Assembly (NCBI GenBank): GCA_951406725.2 | Contig: OX597831.1 | Span: 35,092,001-35,156,000 of the forward strand | Direction of reading: 5' to 3' | From: Octopus vulgaris | Taxonomy: Eukaryota | Length of the DNA: 64,000 nt | Part shown: positions 25,470 to 39,808 of the stretch, piece after piece | How positions within the stretch are numbered: position 1 is the stretch's first letter | Layout of the letters: each line of letters starts with the position of its first letter | The notes under the pieces: model-generated | What the model was told of the DNA's origin: nothing | Seen by the model: only the letters and a program-made list of their open reading frames with translations | Databases searched by the model: none | Translations under genes and position numbers: made by a program

Positions 25470-28108
25470 AAAGACTACTTGAATTTTGCACATACCATAA
25501 CCCGTGCATCACCAACACATTCTTTGTCAACAAGACATCCCACAAGGCATCTTGGAGACATCCAAGATCTCACCACTGGCATCAGCTGGTTCTCATCATT
25601 ACACGAAGATCCTTTTTGAATTCTGTTCAACTGACCCGTAGTTACCACAGTGCGGATTGTGACACACATCATTCACTAATAAGAAGCAGAGTGAGGATTC
25701 TGCCTAAGAAAGTCCATCACTCCAAGAAAATGGGCCGACCACACATTAACACTGCCAGAACCTCGGACCCTACACTGCGAAAATGTCTTGCTGTTTCTAT
25801 CAAGGTTGCCCTCAGTAGCTGCCCAACCTCCTCTGCTGAAAGTAGGTGGAATTATATCAGGGAAGCTTTGTATACCACATCAATAGATACTTTCAGCATG
25901 AGAGAAAAACCAAAACCCAGATTAGTTCAGTGCTGGGCTCTCAGAGCTGGAAACAGTTATCGAAGCAAAGCATGCAGCTTTGATGCAATACAAGAGTGAT
26001 TCTTCTACAAAGTCACTCGAAGAACTCAGAAAGGCAAGAAATAAAACCCAACTGACTGCCAGACGCTATGCAAATAGGTATTGGCAGGAAATCTGTCAGA
26101 GTATTCAGTCAGCTGCTGACAGTGGCGACACCCGTGGTTTGAAGAAGGCCCTCGGTCCATCCGCAACCAAGTCAGCCCCTCTGAAATCAGCTACTGGAGA
26201 TCTCATCAAGGACCAAAGCTAGCAAATGGATAGATGGGTGGAGTACTACCAGGATCTTTACTCACTGGAGACCACGGTAGCTGAGGCTGCACTCGAGGGT
26301 GTCAAGATCTTGCTGGTCATGTGTGAACTTGACAGTCTGCCATCTATAGCAGAGCTCAAAAAGGCTATTGACTCCCTAGCAAGTAACAAGGCTTCGGGAA
26401 AAGACGTCATCCCCTTAGATATCATAAAAACCGGCAAAAACACTATCCTGCTTCGGCACCTTCATGAGCTGCTGTGTCAGTGCTGGGGAGAGGATACAGT
26501 CCCTCAGGATATGCGGGATGCTAACATCATTACGCTTTACAAAAACAAAGGTGAACGTAATGATTGTAACAATTACCGTGGAATATCTCTTCTAAGCACT
26601 GTTGGAAAGGCCTTTGCTCACGTTATCCTGTCCGGCTACAACTGCTTGCTTCTCGAATTTATCCAGAATCGCAGTGTGGCTTTAGAAGAAGCAGATTAAC
26701 TACTGACATGATATTTTCCATACGCCAACTTCAAGAGAAGTCCAGAGAGCAGAAAATGCCATTATATATGGCCTTCATTGATCTGACAAAGGCCTTTGAC
26801 TTGGTAAGTAGAAAAGGCCTCTTCATCCTGCCCCCAAAAATCGGATGTCCACCAAAGCTGCTGAGGATTATCAAATCTTTCCATGATGATAGGCAAGGCA
26901 CCATACAGCACAATAGTTCAACATCAGCCGCCTTCCAAATAAAAAACGGAGTAAAGCAAGGTTGTGGCCTTGCTCCTACATTATTTGGCATCTTCTCGCT
27001 GCTGCTGTCACATGACTTTCAGACATCAGATGATGGATCGTTTCTGCACAATCTCACGCGTCTGCGTGTCAAGACCAAAATCAGAAGCGTCCTGATCAAG
27101 GAGACGCTATTTTCTAATGATGCCACTCTGGTATCACACACAGAAGAAGCCCTACAAAGGCTCATCAACTGTTTTGAGCAAGCATGTAGTGACTTTGGCT
27201 TAGTTATCGGCCTCAAGAAGACCAACATCATGGGTCAGGCTATATCGGACATCTCAAACATACATATTGGAGACCACAGACTACAGGAGGTGGAGAAGTT
27301 TACCTATCTTAGCTCTACCGTCACCTACAACCTATCTCTTGATGCTGAGCTCAATATACGCATTGGCAAGGCAGCTGCTGTGATGGCCCAACTATCCAAA
27401 CGGTCATGGGACAACAATAAGCTGACCAAGACCACAAAAATGAAGATTTACCAGACATGTGTACTTAGCACTCTACTGTATGGAAGTGAGACTTGGACGC
27501 CATACACACGCCATACGACGCCATACGTCGCCTAAATATCTTTCACCAGCGCTGCCTCCGGAAAATCCTTCGCATCAAAATGGCAGAATCATGTCCCCAA
27601 CAAAGATGTCCTCAAGCAAGCAGGTATACCAAGCATGTTTGCACTCCTCACACAAAGACGTATGATATGGCTTGGACATGTTAGCCGTATGGAAGATCGC
27701 AGAATCCCCAAGGACATACTCAACGGTGAGCTTGCTAGGGGCACTAGGTCTGTGGGAAGACCGTTCGTACGATTTGCAAAAGGGACATGAATGCCTGCAA
27801 CATCAATATTACCAACTGGGAAGCAGTTGCCAGCAACCGTGGAGATTGGCGACGTACTGTAAAAGAGGGAACACAGAGAGGAGAAATGGAAAGACAAGAA
27901 AAGACGTCAACAAGAAAGTATGACATTACAACCAGCCAGGCAAAGTCTTCGCTACATTTGCGGCACCTGCCAGAGGGAGTGTTTGTCCCGGATAGGACTA
28001 CACAGCCACAGCAGGAGATGTATTAGGACATGAAATGTAAAAGCCGGACTAGATTATTTTGTGCGCAACTCCATTGTCTCCCGAGACGAAAAGGATGTCA
28101 ACAACAAT
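25470..28108 (+). mobile_element. RTE-clade (BovB-like) LINE, degenerate, 3' end intact
   Basis: Endonuclease end (CDTHHSLI), NYRGISLLS, AFIDLTKAFD, GVKQGCGLAPTLF, degenerate FSND, LLYGSETW, C-terminal C2H2-like CGTC...HSH, (CAA)n tail. Confidence 0.93.
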
Positions 28109-28383
28109 ATATATATATATTTCGTAGACAGGAACTGAAACAATTCAATCGTATATATATGTAAGTGTATGTGTGTGTCTTTGTCTCTGTGTTTCGCCCT
28201 CATCACTGCTTCACAACTGCTGTTCATTTATTTACATCCACTTAACTTACTGGTTTCACAAGAACAAACTAATAGAATAAGTACCAAGCCTATGAACGTA
28301 AAAAAAATCACTAGGCTGTGTCTCATATTTTTGTTTGCCCACTCAGTTGTATCTATCAATTTATCTTTGTATGTGTGTGTGTG

Positions 28384-28685
<302 letters not shown>

Positions 28686-28821
28686 ATATATATATATATA
28701 TATATGGCCTGCTCGCTTAGCCAGCGGGGTGGCGTCATTTGAAGGCTAAAACAATGCGGAACGCATTGTGACCAGCGATGTGTAGCAACATCTGATAGCC
28801 TGGTCGGTCACGGTGATCACG

Positions 28822-28860
<39 letters not shown>

Positions 28861-29982
28861 CACCCCAATGGGAGCCTTAACTGCCAAATTTTAGTCATTT
28901 CTTTTATGATCCAAAACTAGGTCAAAAGTACTGAATGGATCTTTATGAAATTTGGAAATTATATTCTATGCATAAGGGCCATAACCCCCATGACAATTCA
29001 TATATTTTTGCTGTTGAGGAAATTTTAACCATATATGTTAGACACAAATGAAGTAATATTTATAACATTTCATCTTACAAATTATAAAGACCCCTCCATG
29101 AGGACTTAACACCCACAGTTTTGTCATTTTATCTAAGCAAAAACGAATACAGTTGTGCTCTTGGAAGCTGTAGGGTTACTCGAGCATAAAAGTTGAGCAT
29201 TATTTCTAATTCAATGGTACAACAGTGTAACAGTTTGCTTTGACATACACTTACATTGTGATTTCTGCAATGTGGTGCATAAATTGTCAAGTAAATGAGG
29301 GGCATCTTTGCCTCCACTGATTCAGTTGCAAAGTGTTGAGTAAAGTTATTTGATTGCCGACCTCTTGTGGTCCCAACTGCCTTGTGGTCCCAACTTCATT
29401 GTTACCGAACAATTACTATTGCGTTTTTTACTGCAGACTGATATTTATTTCCATCTTGTGTCTGATCTACTTCTAGCGTCCTGAGAGGCTCATTTCCATT
29501 GCTCTGTATTTTATCTCACATGCATACACCTTTGTTTGTACACACTTACACATTATGTATGCTTGACGGCCTGTCTTATTGTTCTTTATTATATATGTAC
29601 GTATGACACGAACACACAGACACACTCTGCTACACACATGAACATTTGATGGAAGCACTCCGTCGGTTACGATGACGAGGGTTCCGGTTGATCCGATCAA
29701 CGGAACAGCCTGCTCGTGAAATTAACGTGTAAGTGGCTGAGCACTCCACAGACACGTGTACCCTTAACGTAGTTCTCGGGGATATTCAGCGTGACACAGA
29801 GAGTGACAAGGCCGGCCCTTTTGAAATACAGGTACAACAGAAACAGGAAGTAAGAGTGAGAGAAAGTTGTGGTGAAAGAGTACAGCAGGGATCACCAGCA
29901 TCCCTGCCGGAGCCTCGTGGAGCTTTTAGGTGTTTTCGCTCAGTAAACACTCACAACGCCCGGTCTGGGAATCGAAACCGCG

Positions 29983-30335
29983 ATGGTTCCGAGTTCAGTC
30001 CCACTCTGTGGCACCTTGGGCAAGTGTCTTCTACTATAGCCTCGGGCCGACCAAAGCCTTGTGAGTGGATTTGGTAGACGGAAACTGAAAGAAGCCCGTC
30101 GTATATATTTATATATATTTGCGTGTGTGTGTTTGTGTGTCTGTGTTTGTCCTCCTAGCATTGCTTGACAACCGATGCTGGTGTGTTTATGTCCCCGTTA
30201 CTTAGCGGTTCGGCAAAAAGAGACCGATAGAATAAGCTTACAAAAGAATAAATCCCGGGGTCGAGTTGCTCGATAAAAGGCGGTGCTCCAGCATGGCAGC
30301 AGTCAAATAACTGAAACAAGTAAAAGAGTAAAAGA
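29983..30335 (+). mobile_element. SINE family A, 5'-truncated
   Basis: Starts just upstream of the B-box, abutting a minus-strand family D copy. Confidence 0.85.
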
Positions 30336-30339
30336 GATG

Positions 30340-30452
30340 CAGGCAGATGTTGTTTGATGTTGAAATTGCAATGAAGGAGCCTTGGATCTCGAATAGGTTA
30401 GAAACTGACTCTTTCCCTATTGGCAAGAAATCTTGAAATAAAACTGAACAAT
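30340..30452 (+). mobile_element. RLE-family 3' UTR fragment
   Basis: Matches 4010-4105 (ccttggatc...ttggcaagaaatcttgaaataaaactgaa). Confidence 0.7.
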
Positions 30453-30469
30453 GATATATATACATATAT

Positions 30470-30700
30470 TTATTTCCTTATTACCCACAAGGAGCTAAAC
30501 ATAGAAGGGACACACAAGGACAGACAAACGGATTAAGTCGATTACATCGGCCCCAGTGCATAACTGGTACTTAATTTATCGACCCCGAAAGGATGAAAGG
30601 CTAAGTCGACCTCGGCGGAATTTGAACCCAGAACGTAACGGCAGACGAAATACGGCTACGCATTTCGCCCGGCGTGCTAACGTTTCTGCCAGCTCGCCGA
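30470..30700 (-). mobile_element. SINE family B, young copy
   Basis: Near-match to 61723-61952; CpGs intact. Confidence 0.88.
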
Positions 30701-31320
30701 CATATATGTGCGTGTGTGCATGCATGCGTGTGAGTAAGTGTGTCTGTGTGTGTGTGTGAGTGTGTGGGTGTGTGTCTATGTAAATTTCCAGAGATCGCGA
30801 GAAGCAGATATATTGAGAAAGTACGAAAGTAGTGTCGGTGATAGTGTGACTGCGTACAAACAATTTATAATAACAAATACGTACTCACTAAAGTAAGCAG
30901 GTACTTGCTCTTCCAGTTATGCATACATTCACAGGTGGTTGACTGAATAGAATATTTGACGAGTCATCAAAGTCACACAAGGATATACTCACCGCCGTCA
31001 AGAGACACCAGATACAAACGAATTGAAGGTTCTGAGAGTTAGGTGAAGAATAAATAGCATTTGAAGGCTAAAACAATGCGAAGCGCATTGTGACCAGTGA
31101 TGTGTAGCAACATCTTATAGCCTGGTCGGTCACGGTGATATATATTATATATGTATGTAAGTATGTATGTATGTATGCATGTATGTATGTATGTATGTAG
31201 GTATATATATATAAAACTTGGTACTTACTCTAACGTTCTCCTTTGCTAAGCCACTAAGTTACAGGGACGCAAACAAACCAACAACGGCTGTCAGGCAGTG
31301 GTGGGGGATAGACACAAACG

Positions 31321-31392
<72 letters not shown>

Positions 31393-31614
31393 AACAAGAA
31401 ATGCTATTTATTCTTCACGTTTGTATCTGGTGTCTCTTGACGGCGGTGCGGGTAGTATATCCTTGTGTGACTTTGATGACTCGTCAAATATTCTATTCAG
31501 CCACTTGTGAATGTATGCATAACTGGAAGAGCAAGTACCTGCTTACTTTAGTGAGTACGTATTTGTCATTATACATTGTTTGTACGCAGTCACACTATCA
31601 CCGACACTACTTTC

Positions 31615-31677
<63 letters not shown>

Positions 31678-32349
31678 GGGGTTGATTCATTGACTAAAAT
31701 TCTTCAATGGTGCCCCAGAATGGCCGTAGTCTAATGCCTGATACACGTGAAAGATAAAAGATAACACAGCCCGTGCCCGGAATCAAAATCGCCTCAATGT
31801 AGCTTACAAATTTGTTTCCTTAATGTCAGTCACCAATGATGTTTTTGTTTATGCACAAGACACCACTAGCTAGTTTTTAAGAGAGGGCAGGGTCGATTGA
31901 CTCGAAGCCTTTGTATCACAGGTATATGCGACCAGAGGAGCAGGCCCGTCGCTAGACTTTGGTGCTTGGGGGGTACTTCAGAATATTCCGAGTGAGCACT
32001 GCTTTGTAACAACGCTGAAGTGGAGTTTCAAAATAAGTGTATCACTGTAAATCTAAGGGTGTACCATTGAATAGTTAAGGGGCAGTGCATCCATTTAGCG
32101 ATGGGCTCCAGAGCAGATCTGAGGTTACATCATATCCAGTCGATATCCCCTATCAACAAAGAATTGAAAGAATGGGAAATGAATGTTACGTTGTAAAGTT
32201 GCCACGAAGAATATTAGTGACGTAAACGAAGCGAAACAATTTTAACCAGTAAAGAAAACTGGGTCACAGAAGACCGATTTCTCTGTGTTGACTTCTCCTT
32301 AGTCCATAACATTTTAATTTTTGCTGTTTATAATAATATAATATAATAA

Positions 32350-32675
32350 AATTATTGTATACAGTGCTCAGGTGCACCGCAACTTGTCAGAAAGTGCATA
32401 TAAAGTACATGCAGTAATGTAGAAATGTCTGGAAAGCGAACAATGTATGAGTCAGATACATGCTTGTGTGTGTATGGAGGGGAGAAAATCAAGTGTAGTG
32501 TTGGCGAATCTCAGGAAGCATGGAAGTTTTGAAGGATGCAGTGCTCCGACAACTAACAACTGATGCCGGCAGTTTGTTCCATGCTTCAGCAACTCTCAGC
32601 GTGAAAAAATGTTTCCTGAAGTCATGGGAGCTGTGCTATTTTCTTACTTTGTAAATATGTCCACGCGTGTTAGAT
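32350..32675 (-). mobile_element. CR1-type LINE 3' end
   Basis: SNTRGHIYKV...RKHFFTLRVAEAWNKLPASVV, then UTR and (AAT)-rich tail. Confidence 0.85.
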
Positions 32676-32699
32676 GGGTGGAGTACAGTAAATTGCATT

Positions 32700-33050
32700 T
32701 TGCTAGGAATAACATTACGAGAGCTTATCCGAAATGGGATGATTGGAGAACGAAACGGAGTAAAACGACGTGACCGCAGCATACCGAAAGTACAAGGTCC
32801 GCTGGGCCGGGTACGTCACAAAGTTCACAGGCAACAGATGGAGACGTGTAGTTGCCTAGTGGTATCCAAGAAGTTGGAAAAGGCTACTCGGAAGACCCTT
32901 ACGACTATGTGAAGACTGTTTAGCCAAACAATTTGGGCGAAACTGGAAAAGAAGGGCCAAGAAAGAACCGGAAGAGCATGGTCACCGAACTGGAAAAGCA
33001 GGGCCAAAAAAGAACTGGAAGAGCATGGTCACCAGCTGCATATAACAACA
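32700..33050 (+). mobile_element. RTE-type LINE 3' fragment
   Basis: KVRWAGYV...RW...WYPRSWKRLLGRP, resembling the RTE C-terminus. Confidence 0.65.
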
Positions 33051-33534
33051 GCCGATAACCTCGTTGATACAATGATACACTGACTGTAAATTTTATTCTT
33101 TTTTTTCAATAAATAAACCAATGAAACTATTGTTAAAGTAGTCAGGTCGAACCACTTTTTGTTCGGCGTGTCGAAAGTTTCATTTCTTTTAAAAATCATA
33201 TTAGAGTGTCAAATACATGAATTTTAGTTTTGATTATACGTTTTTAGATTAGTTTTTCATAATATGATATTGTAGAGGAGATTTCTTTTTCACAAAATCC
33301 ATCGCAGGTCATCCAAGAATCCAGTTTGTCACAGGTAGGTTCATCATTCATCGTTCTATAGGAATCACCGACTGCTGTTTTCCTAGAACTTGGGTTTATG
33401 AGGTTTTGCTCATCATAAATCAGACCATCCAGCTTAAAAGAAGCAATTCAACAAACATCGTCTGCAATACAGAATGCACAAAATATATTTATTACTCTAA
33501 GCACATCATAAAAAATTCAACTGAGAGGAAGTAT

Positions 33535-33584
<50 letters not shown>

Positions 33585-34534
33585 CAGATAGATAGATACA
33601 TAGAGATAGATAGATATATAGATAGACAGATAGATAGATACATAGAGATAGATAGATAGATAGATAAAGAGAGAGACTGATTGTTAGAGAGAATGAGAGA
33701 GAGAAAGAGAAAAGGAGAAAAGATCGGGAGAAATAAATCAGATTGTTCACATTAACAGAATTGGAGCTAAAGAATATATTACGGAATTCTATTAAAAAAT
33801 TATGGTAATACAATCAAGGTATTACGTGTGTCATCCCAAAAAGTTGCACGGAGCTGCAATCTTGCGCAAGCGTTGCAGATTTAGATAAGTTAATTCTACC
33901 TGTTCTGTAGCAGTGGTCGTAAAAAGAATAAATAAATAAATAAATGATAATAATAATAATAATATGAAAACATAATTAACGTAACTAAGTGGAAACAATA
34001 TTTCAGGTCGATGCTGTATATCATTTTCCACAGATCGATAAGTTAAAAGTACCTGTGTGTGTGTGTGTGTGCGTGCGCGTGTGGGCTATATGTATATGAT
34101 ATATACAATATGTATATATTACATGTAATAGAACTGTGATCGATATAGTCAACAACACCCCAGTAAATTATTAATGATTTCTGATTTGGTACAAGGCCAG
34201 CAATTTTGAGGGGAAGGGCTAGTCGAAGCCACAGATCCTTGTACGTGACTGGTAGTTTGTTTTATAGATTGCAGTGGGGCAAAAGACAAAGTTGACCGCG
34301 ATGGGAAATGAACTCAGAAAGGTAAAAGAAAAAACGTAGTGAATCTTACTACAATACAAGCAGACGAACCGGAAGCATAACTCATTGGAAAGAGCGAGAG
34401 AGAGAGAGAAAGAGACAGAGACAGAGAGAGAGAGAAGGACAAACACTGCAGTGCTCCTCACAGGCGTGTAATATGACTAATTCCCCCGCTCTCTCTCTCT
34501 CTCTCCAATGATTTGTTTCTCGTTAATTTTTTTT

Positions 34535-34888
34535 TTACTTGTTTCACTGGATTGGACTGTGGCCATGCTGGAGCACCGTCTTGATCAATCCTAGTGCTTA
34601 TATCTTTTTTTAAAGCCTGGTACTTATTATATCGGTTTCTTTTCCCCGAACTGCTAAGTTACAGGGAACGTAAACAAGCCAGCACCGGTTGCTAGGCGGT
34701 GATGGGGGAACAAACACAAACATAAACACACACACACACATAGATATATATACATATATGTACGACGGGTTTCTTTCAGTTTCCGTCCACCAAATCCGCC
34801 CGTGAGGCTTTTTGGTCGGCCCGAAGCTATCGTAGCAAACACTTGACCGCGATGCCGCGCATGGGACTTGAACCCGAAACCATGTGGT
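34535..34888 (-). mobile_element. SINE family A, diverged but CpG-rich
   Basis: Reverse-complement match to the family body. Confidence 0.8.
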
Positions 34889-34889
34889 T

Positions 34890-35825
34890 GTCAATTTATT
34901 TCTCTCACTTTATTTTATATTTCTTTCTCTCTTTTCATCCTCGTTTGTAACTTTTCCATTCAGTTTTCTTTCGTCTCAGTTTCTCTCTCTCTTTCTTCTC
35001 CACCCAATTCTTCTAACGTCTCTTTCTTTATTTCTTCTCCGTAAGCACACACATACACTCTTTCATTCTCCCTCCTAGTTTTCTTACTCTCACCATCCTC
35101 GTTCTCTTACATTTTTATCAACCCTTTCTAACTGCAATCTTCTTTTTCTTCCTCCTTCTCCGTCTGTCCCTTTCCTTTTCTTTCTTCCTCCCCTCTATCT
35201 CTCTTTATCCACCTCCTAATACTTACATACGATCTTATTTCTCCTTTTCCCCTCTATATTTTCTTTGCTATCACCACCCTCTTTATTTCTTGTTCGCTAT
35301 CTCCTTATCTCTCTTTCTTTTTATATACGACCATCTCTCCTCTATTAATCCTCTCTTTCTCCTTTACTAAGCCTCTCCGCATCTTTGTACCTCTCTCTCT
35401 CTGTCTCATTAAAATCTCACTTCATCTCTATACCTTTTCACTCTCTTACTAACTCCCCTTGTGTCTCTATACCTCTCACCACTCTCTCTCTCTCACATAA
35501 TCAGTTTATCTGTAGCTCTATGTTTCTCATTTTCTCTGTTTCTCTCTATCACTCTTTCCATACCACTCCCTCATACAGCTGTACACCTCTCACTCTCACT
35601 ATTTCCCCTCTATCACTTTCTCTATACCACTCCCTATTACAACTTTATACCTCTCACTCTCGATTTATACCACTCCCTATAGCAGCTTTATACCTCTCAC
35701 TCTCGCTTTATATTACTCTGTCTTACATCTCTATACCCCTCTCTCCCGTTTCCCCCTATCATTAACTCTTTCTCTATACCACTCCCTCCCTCTTACCATC
35801 CCTTCACTCATACTCTTACTCTCAT
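34890..35825 (+). repeat. Pyrimidine-rich low-complexity tract upstream of the NHE start codon
   Basis: Very few G over about 900 bp; recurring tataccactccct / tatacctctcactctc in 35560-35790. Confidence 0.75.
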
Positions 35826-35852
35826 TCAAAGGGGGTGTTTCATTACTTCAAC

Positions 35853-36144
35853 ATGGCGACACTCTCTAACATAATTCTGCTGCGTTGTTCTTGGCATTTA
35901 GTGTTGCACGTCGTTTTCTGGTGGTTTCTGCTGGCCGTTATTCCTTGCAGCATGGCCAATGTACCAAATGAATCACCATCTATAGAAGCCCAAGAAGAGG
36001 CTTATGTTACCTTCCGACACAAAACGGACAGTCTTACCATTCTCATGCTTCTTACATTACTTTTACTCACAATTTTGACTATTTGGTTGTTTAAGCATAG
36101 ACGTTTTCGATTCGTGCATGAAACTGGACTTTCTATGATATACG
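35853..36144 (+). CDS. Endosomal sodium/hydrogen exchanger (SLC9A6/7/9; Drosophila Nhe3-like), first coding exon
   Basis: caacATGG context; signal-peptide-like N-terminus; H..DS...[30 protein letters not shown] matches the conserved NHE6/7/9 motif; phase-1 donor G|GTGAGT at 36144/36145. Confidence 0.95.
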
Positions 36145-36289
36145 GTGAGTACTACAAGAATCGTTCGTCTGCTGGACGAGAGGTTTTACTCTCATATATT
36201 CTATACATAACGTAATTTAAACACATAAACACACATCCAATATGTGTATATATATATATCTATATTTGTCATTCTTGTTCCTCAGCCTT

Positions 36290-36297
36290 ATATCTAT

Positions 36298-36335
<38 letters not shown>

Positions 36336-36416
36336 GTCTATTTATCTATCTGTCTGTCTATTTATCTATCTGTCTGTCTGTCTATTTATCTATCTGTCTG
36401 TCTGTCTATTTATCTA

Positions 36417-36456
<40 letters not shown>

Positions 36457-36464
36457 TCTATGTG

Positions 36465-36497
<33 letters not shown>

Positions 36498-36556
36498 GTC
36501 TATCTATCTATCTATCTATCTGTGTCTATCTATCTATCTATGTCTATCTATCTATG

Positions 36557-36601
<45 letters not shown>

Positions 36602-36640
36602 GTGTCTATCTATCTATCTATCTATCTATCTATGTGTCTG

Positions 36641-36685
<45 letters not shown>

Positions 36686-36692
36686 GTGTCTG

Positions 36693-36749
<57 letters not shown>

Positions 36750-36756
36750 GTGTCTG

Positions 36757-36805
<49 letters not shown>

Positions 36806-36848
36806 GTGTCTGTCTATCTATCTCTCTCTCTCTATCTATCTATCTATA
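36290..36848. repeat. (TCTA)n/(TCTG)n compound microsatellite
   Basis: About 550 bp of TCTA with periodic tgtgtc interruptions. Confidence 0.95.
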
Positions 36849-37234
36849 TTTGCCTCTCGATCGTTATTTATTGTTTACTTTTTGTATAAAAATCGTCCCC
36901 CCTCCGATCTTTATCGCACTGTCAGACTTAGTATAGTTTGTGTTTGTGTGTATGTGTATTTGCTATTATATATGTCGATGATGTTATGAGCACTAACTTC
37001 TCATATAGCCATCCATCCATCCTCATATCGATCTGTTTTTAACCTCTTCTCAGCCTATATGTCGCTATCAGATCAGAATATTTATTGATATTTTATATGT
37101 ATGTATGTATGTGTTTATTTCTTAATAGTACTGTACAATATAAAGGGTCTATATATATATATATAATAAACTGTCTATATATGTAGTGACAATTTTGAAA
37201 ATGTGTATTTGTATTTCAAACAATCAAGATGTGC

Positions 37235-37277
<43 letters not shown>

Positions 37278-37428
37278 AACAATCAATATGTGTGTGTATA
37301 TATATTATATAGTTTGTAATGTATATAATCGCATATCGATTTCCATTCAACCTCTCACTAGCCTGTATATCGCTATCAGAATATTTATGTAATAATATAA
37401 TAATATATTGACAAAGGTCTACTCCGTG

Positions 37429-37474
<46 letters not shown>

Positions 37475-37919
37475 ATGTAGTTTGCCTTTGTATGTCTCTA
37501 TATATGTCACATTCGCACCCATACACACTTATAATCTTGAACCAAATCTTGTTCCCCGACTATCAAGTTATGTAAGTATTTAATCATCATTTATAAATTA
37601 GGCGAAATGTTTAACGACCCTGCATGGAATGAAGCCAACATGTTTGTATAAATATATGATCGTCTTGGCGTAAATGTGCGTGTGCCTGAAAGTGTGTTAC
37701 ATGTGTATAAAATTGTATGTGTTACTGTTCAAATTCCTGTGTGTAAAATCTGGTGTGAGTGTGGTTAAAAAAACAAAAACAAACAGTAACAGTAATTTTC
37801 CTCAGTCGTTTTCTGCTGGAAAAGCGATTGAACTGTAGCTTCGATATCAGATATTGGATTGTCATTAAGGCTGTTGTTATGAATGCTGCTGCTGCTGTTG
37901 TTTATAGCTCCATGTCACC

Positions 37920-38987
37920 CCCCCCCTTTTCTTCCAGCGACTGAGCAGATCTATGATCAACGACGTTCCAGCCATGATCTTCCCGCCTTATTTTCAGACA
38001 GTCTTTTCAGGGACTATACGTTATTACATTTTTCGTTGTTTAGGACGGCAGTGTGTTTTTTTTTTAAGGAGATTTAGCTGCTATTTCTTGCAGAGGACGA
38101 TCCCGTAGAAACTTCGTTCGGTCTGTTGTAGTGGTCGTTTAACTTCTGGTCATGCTTGCCTGAGCGGATCTCTGATCAAATGATTCCAACCAAGACAATC
38201 TTTTAGAGGTATGAAGGGACTAAACTATCCAATGTTCCTTTTTTCCCTCTTTGTCAAGTCGAAACGATGTAACTGGATAGAGATTTATCTTGTTTCGGAC
38301 AGATCAATTTACTGGATAGAAGCTCCTTTCATTCGTTCGCAATAATTTGAGTAGTGAAATTGGTTGCTACAGTGGTTGTTGTTGTTGGAGTGGTAGTTGT
38401 GATTATTGTGGACAGTTTCAGTTGTAGTGGTTGTGAGTTGTGTTGGTGTTGTCATACATAATTTCTTCGGGCATTTTACCTAACGAAATCAAATGTCGTT
38501 GTGTTCAAATTTTGCCTTTCATCCCTTCGGGTTCGAGTCATGTGCTAGGGTCGATGGTAACGACTAACCAGCACCCCTGAAAACTGCTAGCCTTGTACCT
38601 AAATCAGAAATTATCAGTTCAGTCCCACTTTAGTCCCTAATCGAGCAGATGTGTGCACATATTATCAGACATTCCAGCCTATCTTTTTCACTTCATCTTT
38701 TTTTCCCCCTTCCTTAAGAAAGCAGAGTGAGTGACGGGAGGGAGAACCGGCTGCTGTTTCTACCTAGCGTAGCATGTTTGTACTGGTTTTTGGTGTTTTA
38801 GCTTGTTATGCTTGTAGCTGTGGCTGTTAATATAACAGTGTTGCTAACGATGTATGTTGTGACTAAACTCTTCGTTTGTTTATATCCACTGCTTCAGATA
38901 GAGGTATGAAGGCCTCTCGTTCAATTCTCTCTCCCTTATCTAGACAACTTATGTCACATGCTCTTACAATCTATCTGTCTATCTGTG

Positions 38988-39042
<55 letters not shown>

Positions 39043-39760
39043 TTGTACACATACAAATATTAGACATGCAGATGCATATATATATATATACATATACACA
39101 TTTACGTGCATAAATATATGCATTTGTGTACATTTACGTACATAAATATATGCATATATGCACATATATGAATGCGTGTATACACACACACATATATATA
39201 TATATATGCATATACGCGTGTATGTCTGTTTAAGACCTGTAGCATCGTTGATGAAGTGAGGAGTTGAAACAGTGCGTTGAGCTCGAATCGTTGTACATCC
39301 CGCACATTCCAGAATTTACCATTTGCGACCAGTCAGTCTAAAAATACGAAGTAAACGAAACAAAACAAGCATAGAAATAAAATGGAAACTAAGCATTTTA
39401 TTGTGAACAAGAAATATGATTAATAAACTGTTAAAGGGAGAGGAGAATGACAAATAAGAGATTAAGAGGGATGGAGGGAGAGAGAGAGAGATGGATGGAG
39501 GGAGAGTGGATTGCCAGACATAGACGGAGGTGGGAGAGGGTGGAGAGAATTAGCGCAGAATTCTCTAGAAAGTTCAGGATTTTATGCGAAAACTTATCTT
39601 GCGAAAACTTGTTCCCAGCTTCATCTTGCCACGAGTCATTATTCAGAGAAAGAAAGAAAGAATGAAAGGGAGGGAGAGACGGTGTTCTTTAGTTTATCTG
39701 GGATCACTTTAATGATTTTATTTTGCTAACGCTAATGAACCGTATAAGTGTGTGTTTATG

Positions 39761-39808
<48 letters not shown>

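Noticed and set aside
35835-36215. ORF-track boundaries for the NHE ORF
   Set aside because: The track starts at a GTG and reads through the donor into the intron; the eukaryotic exon is 35853-36144.
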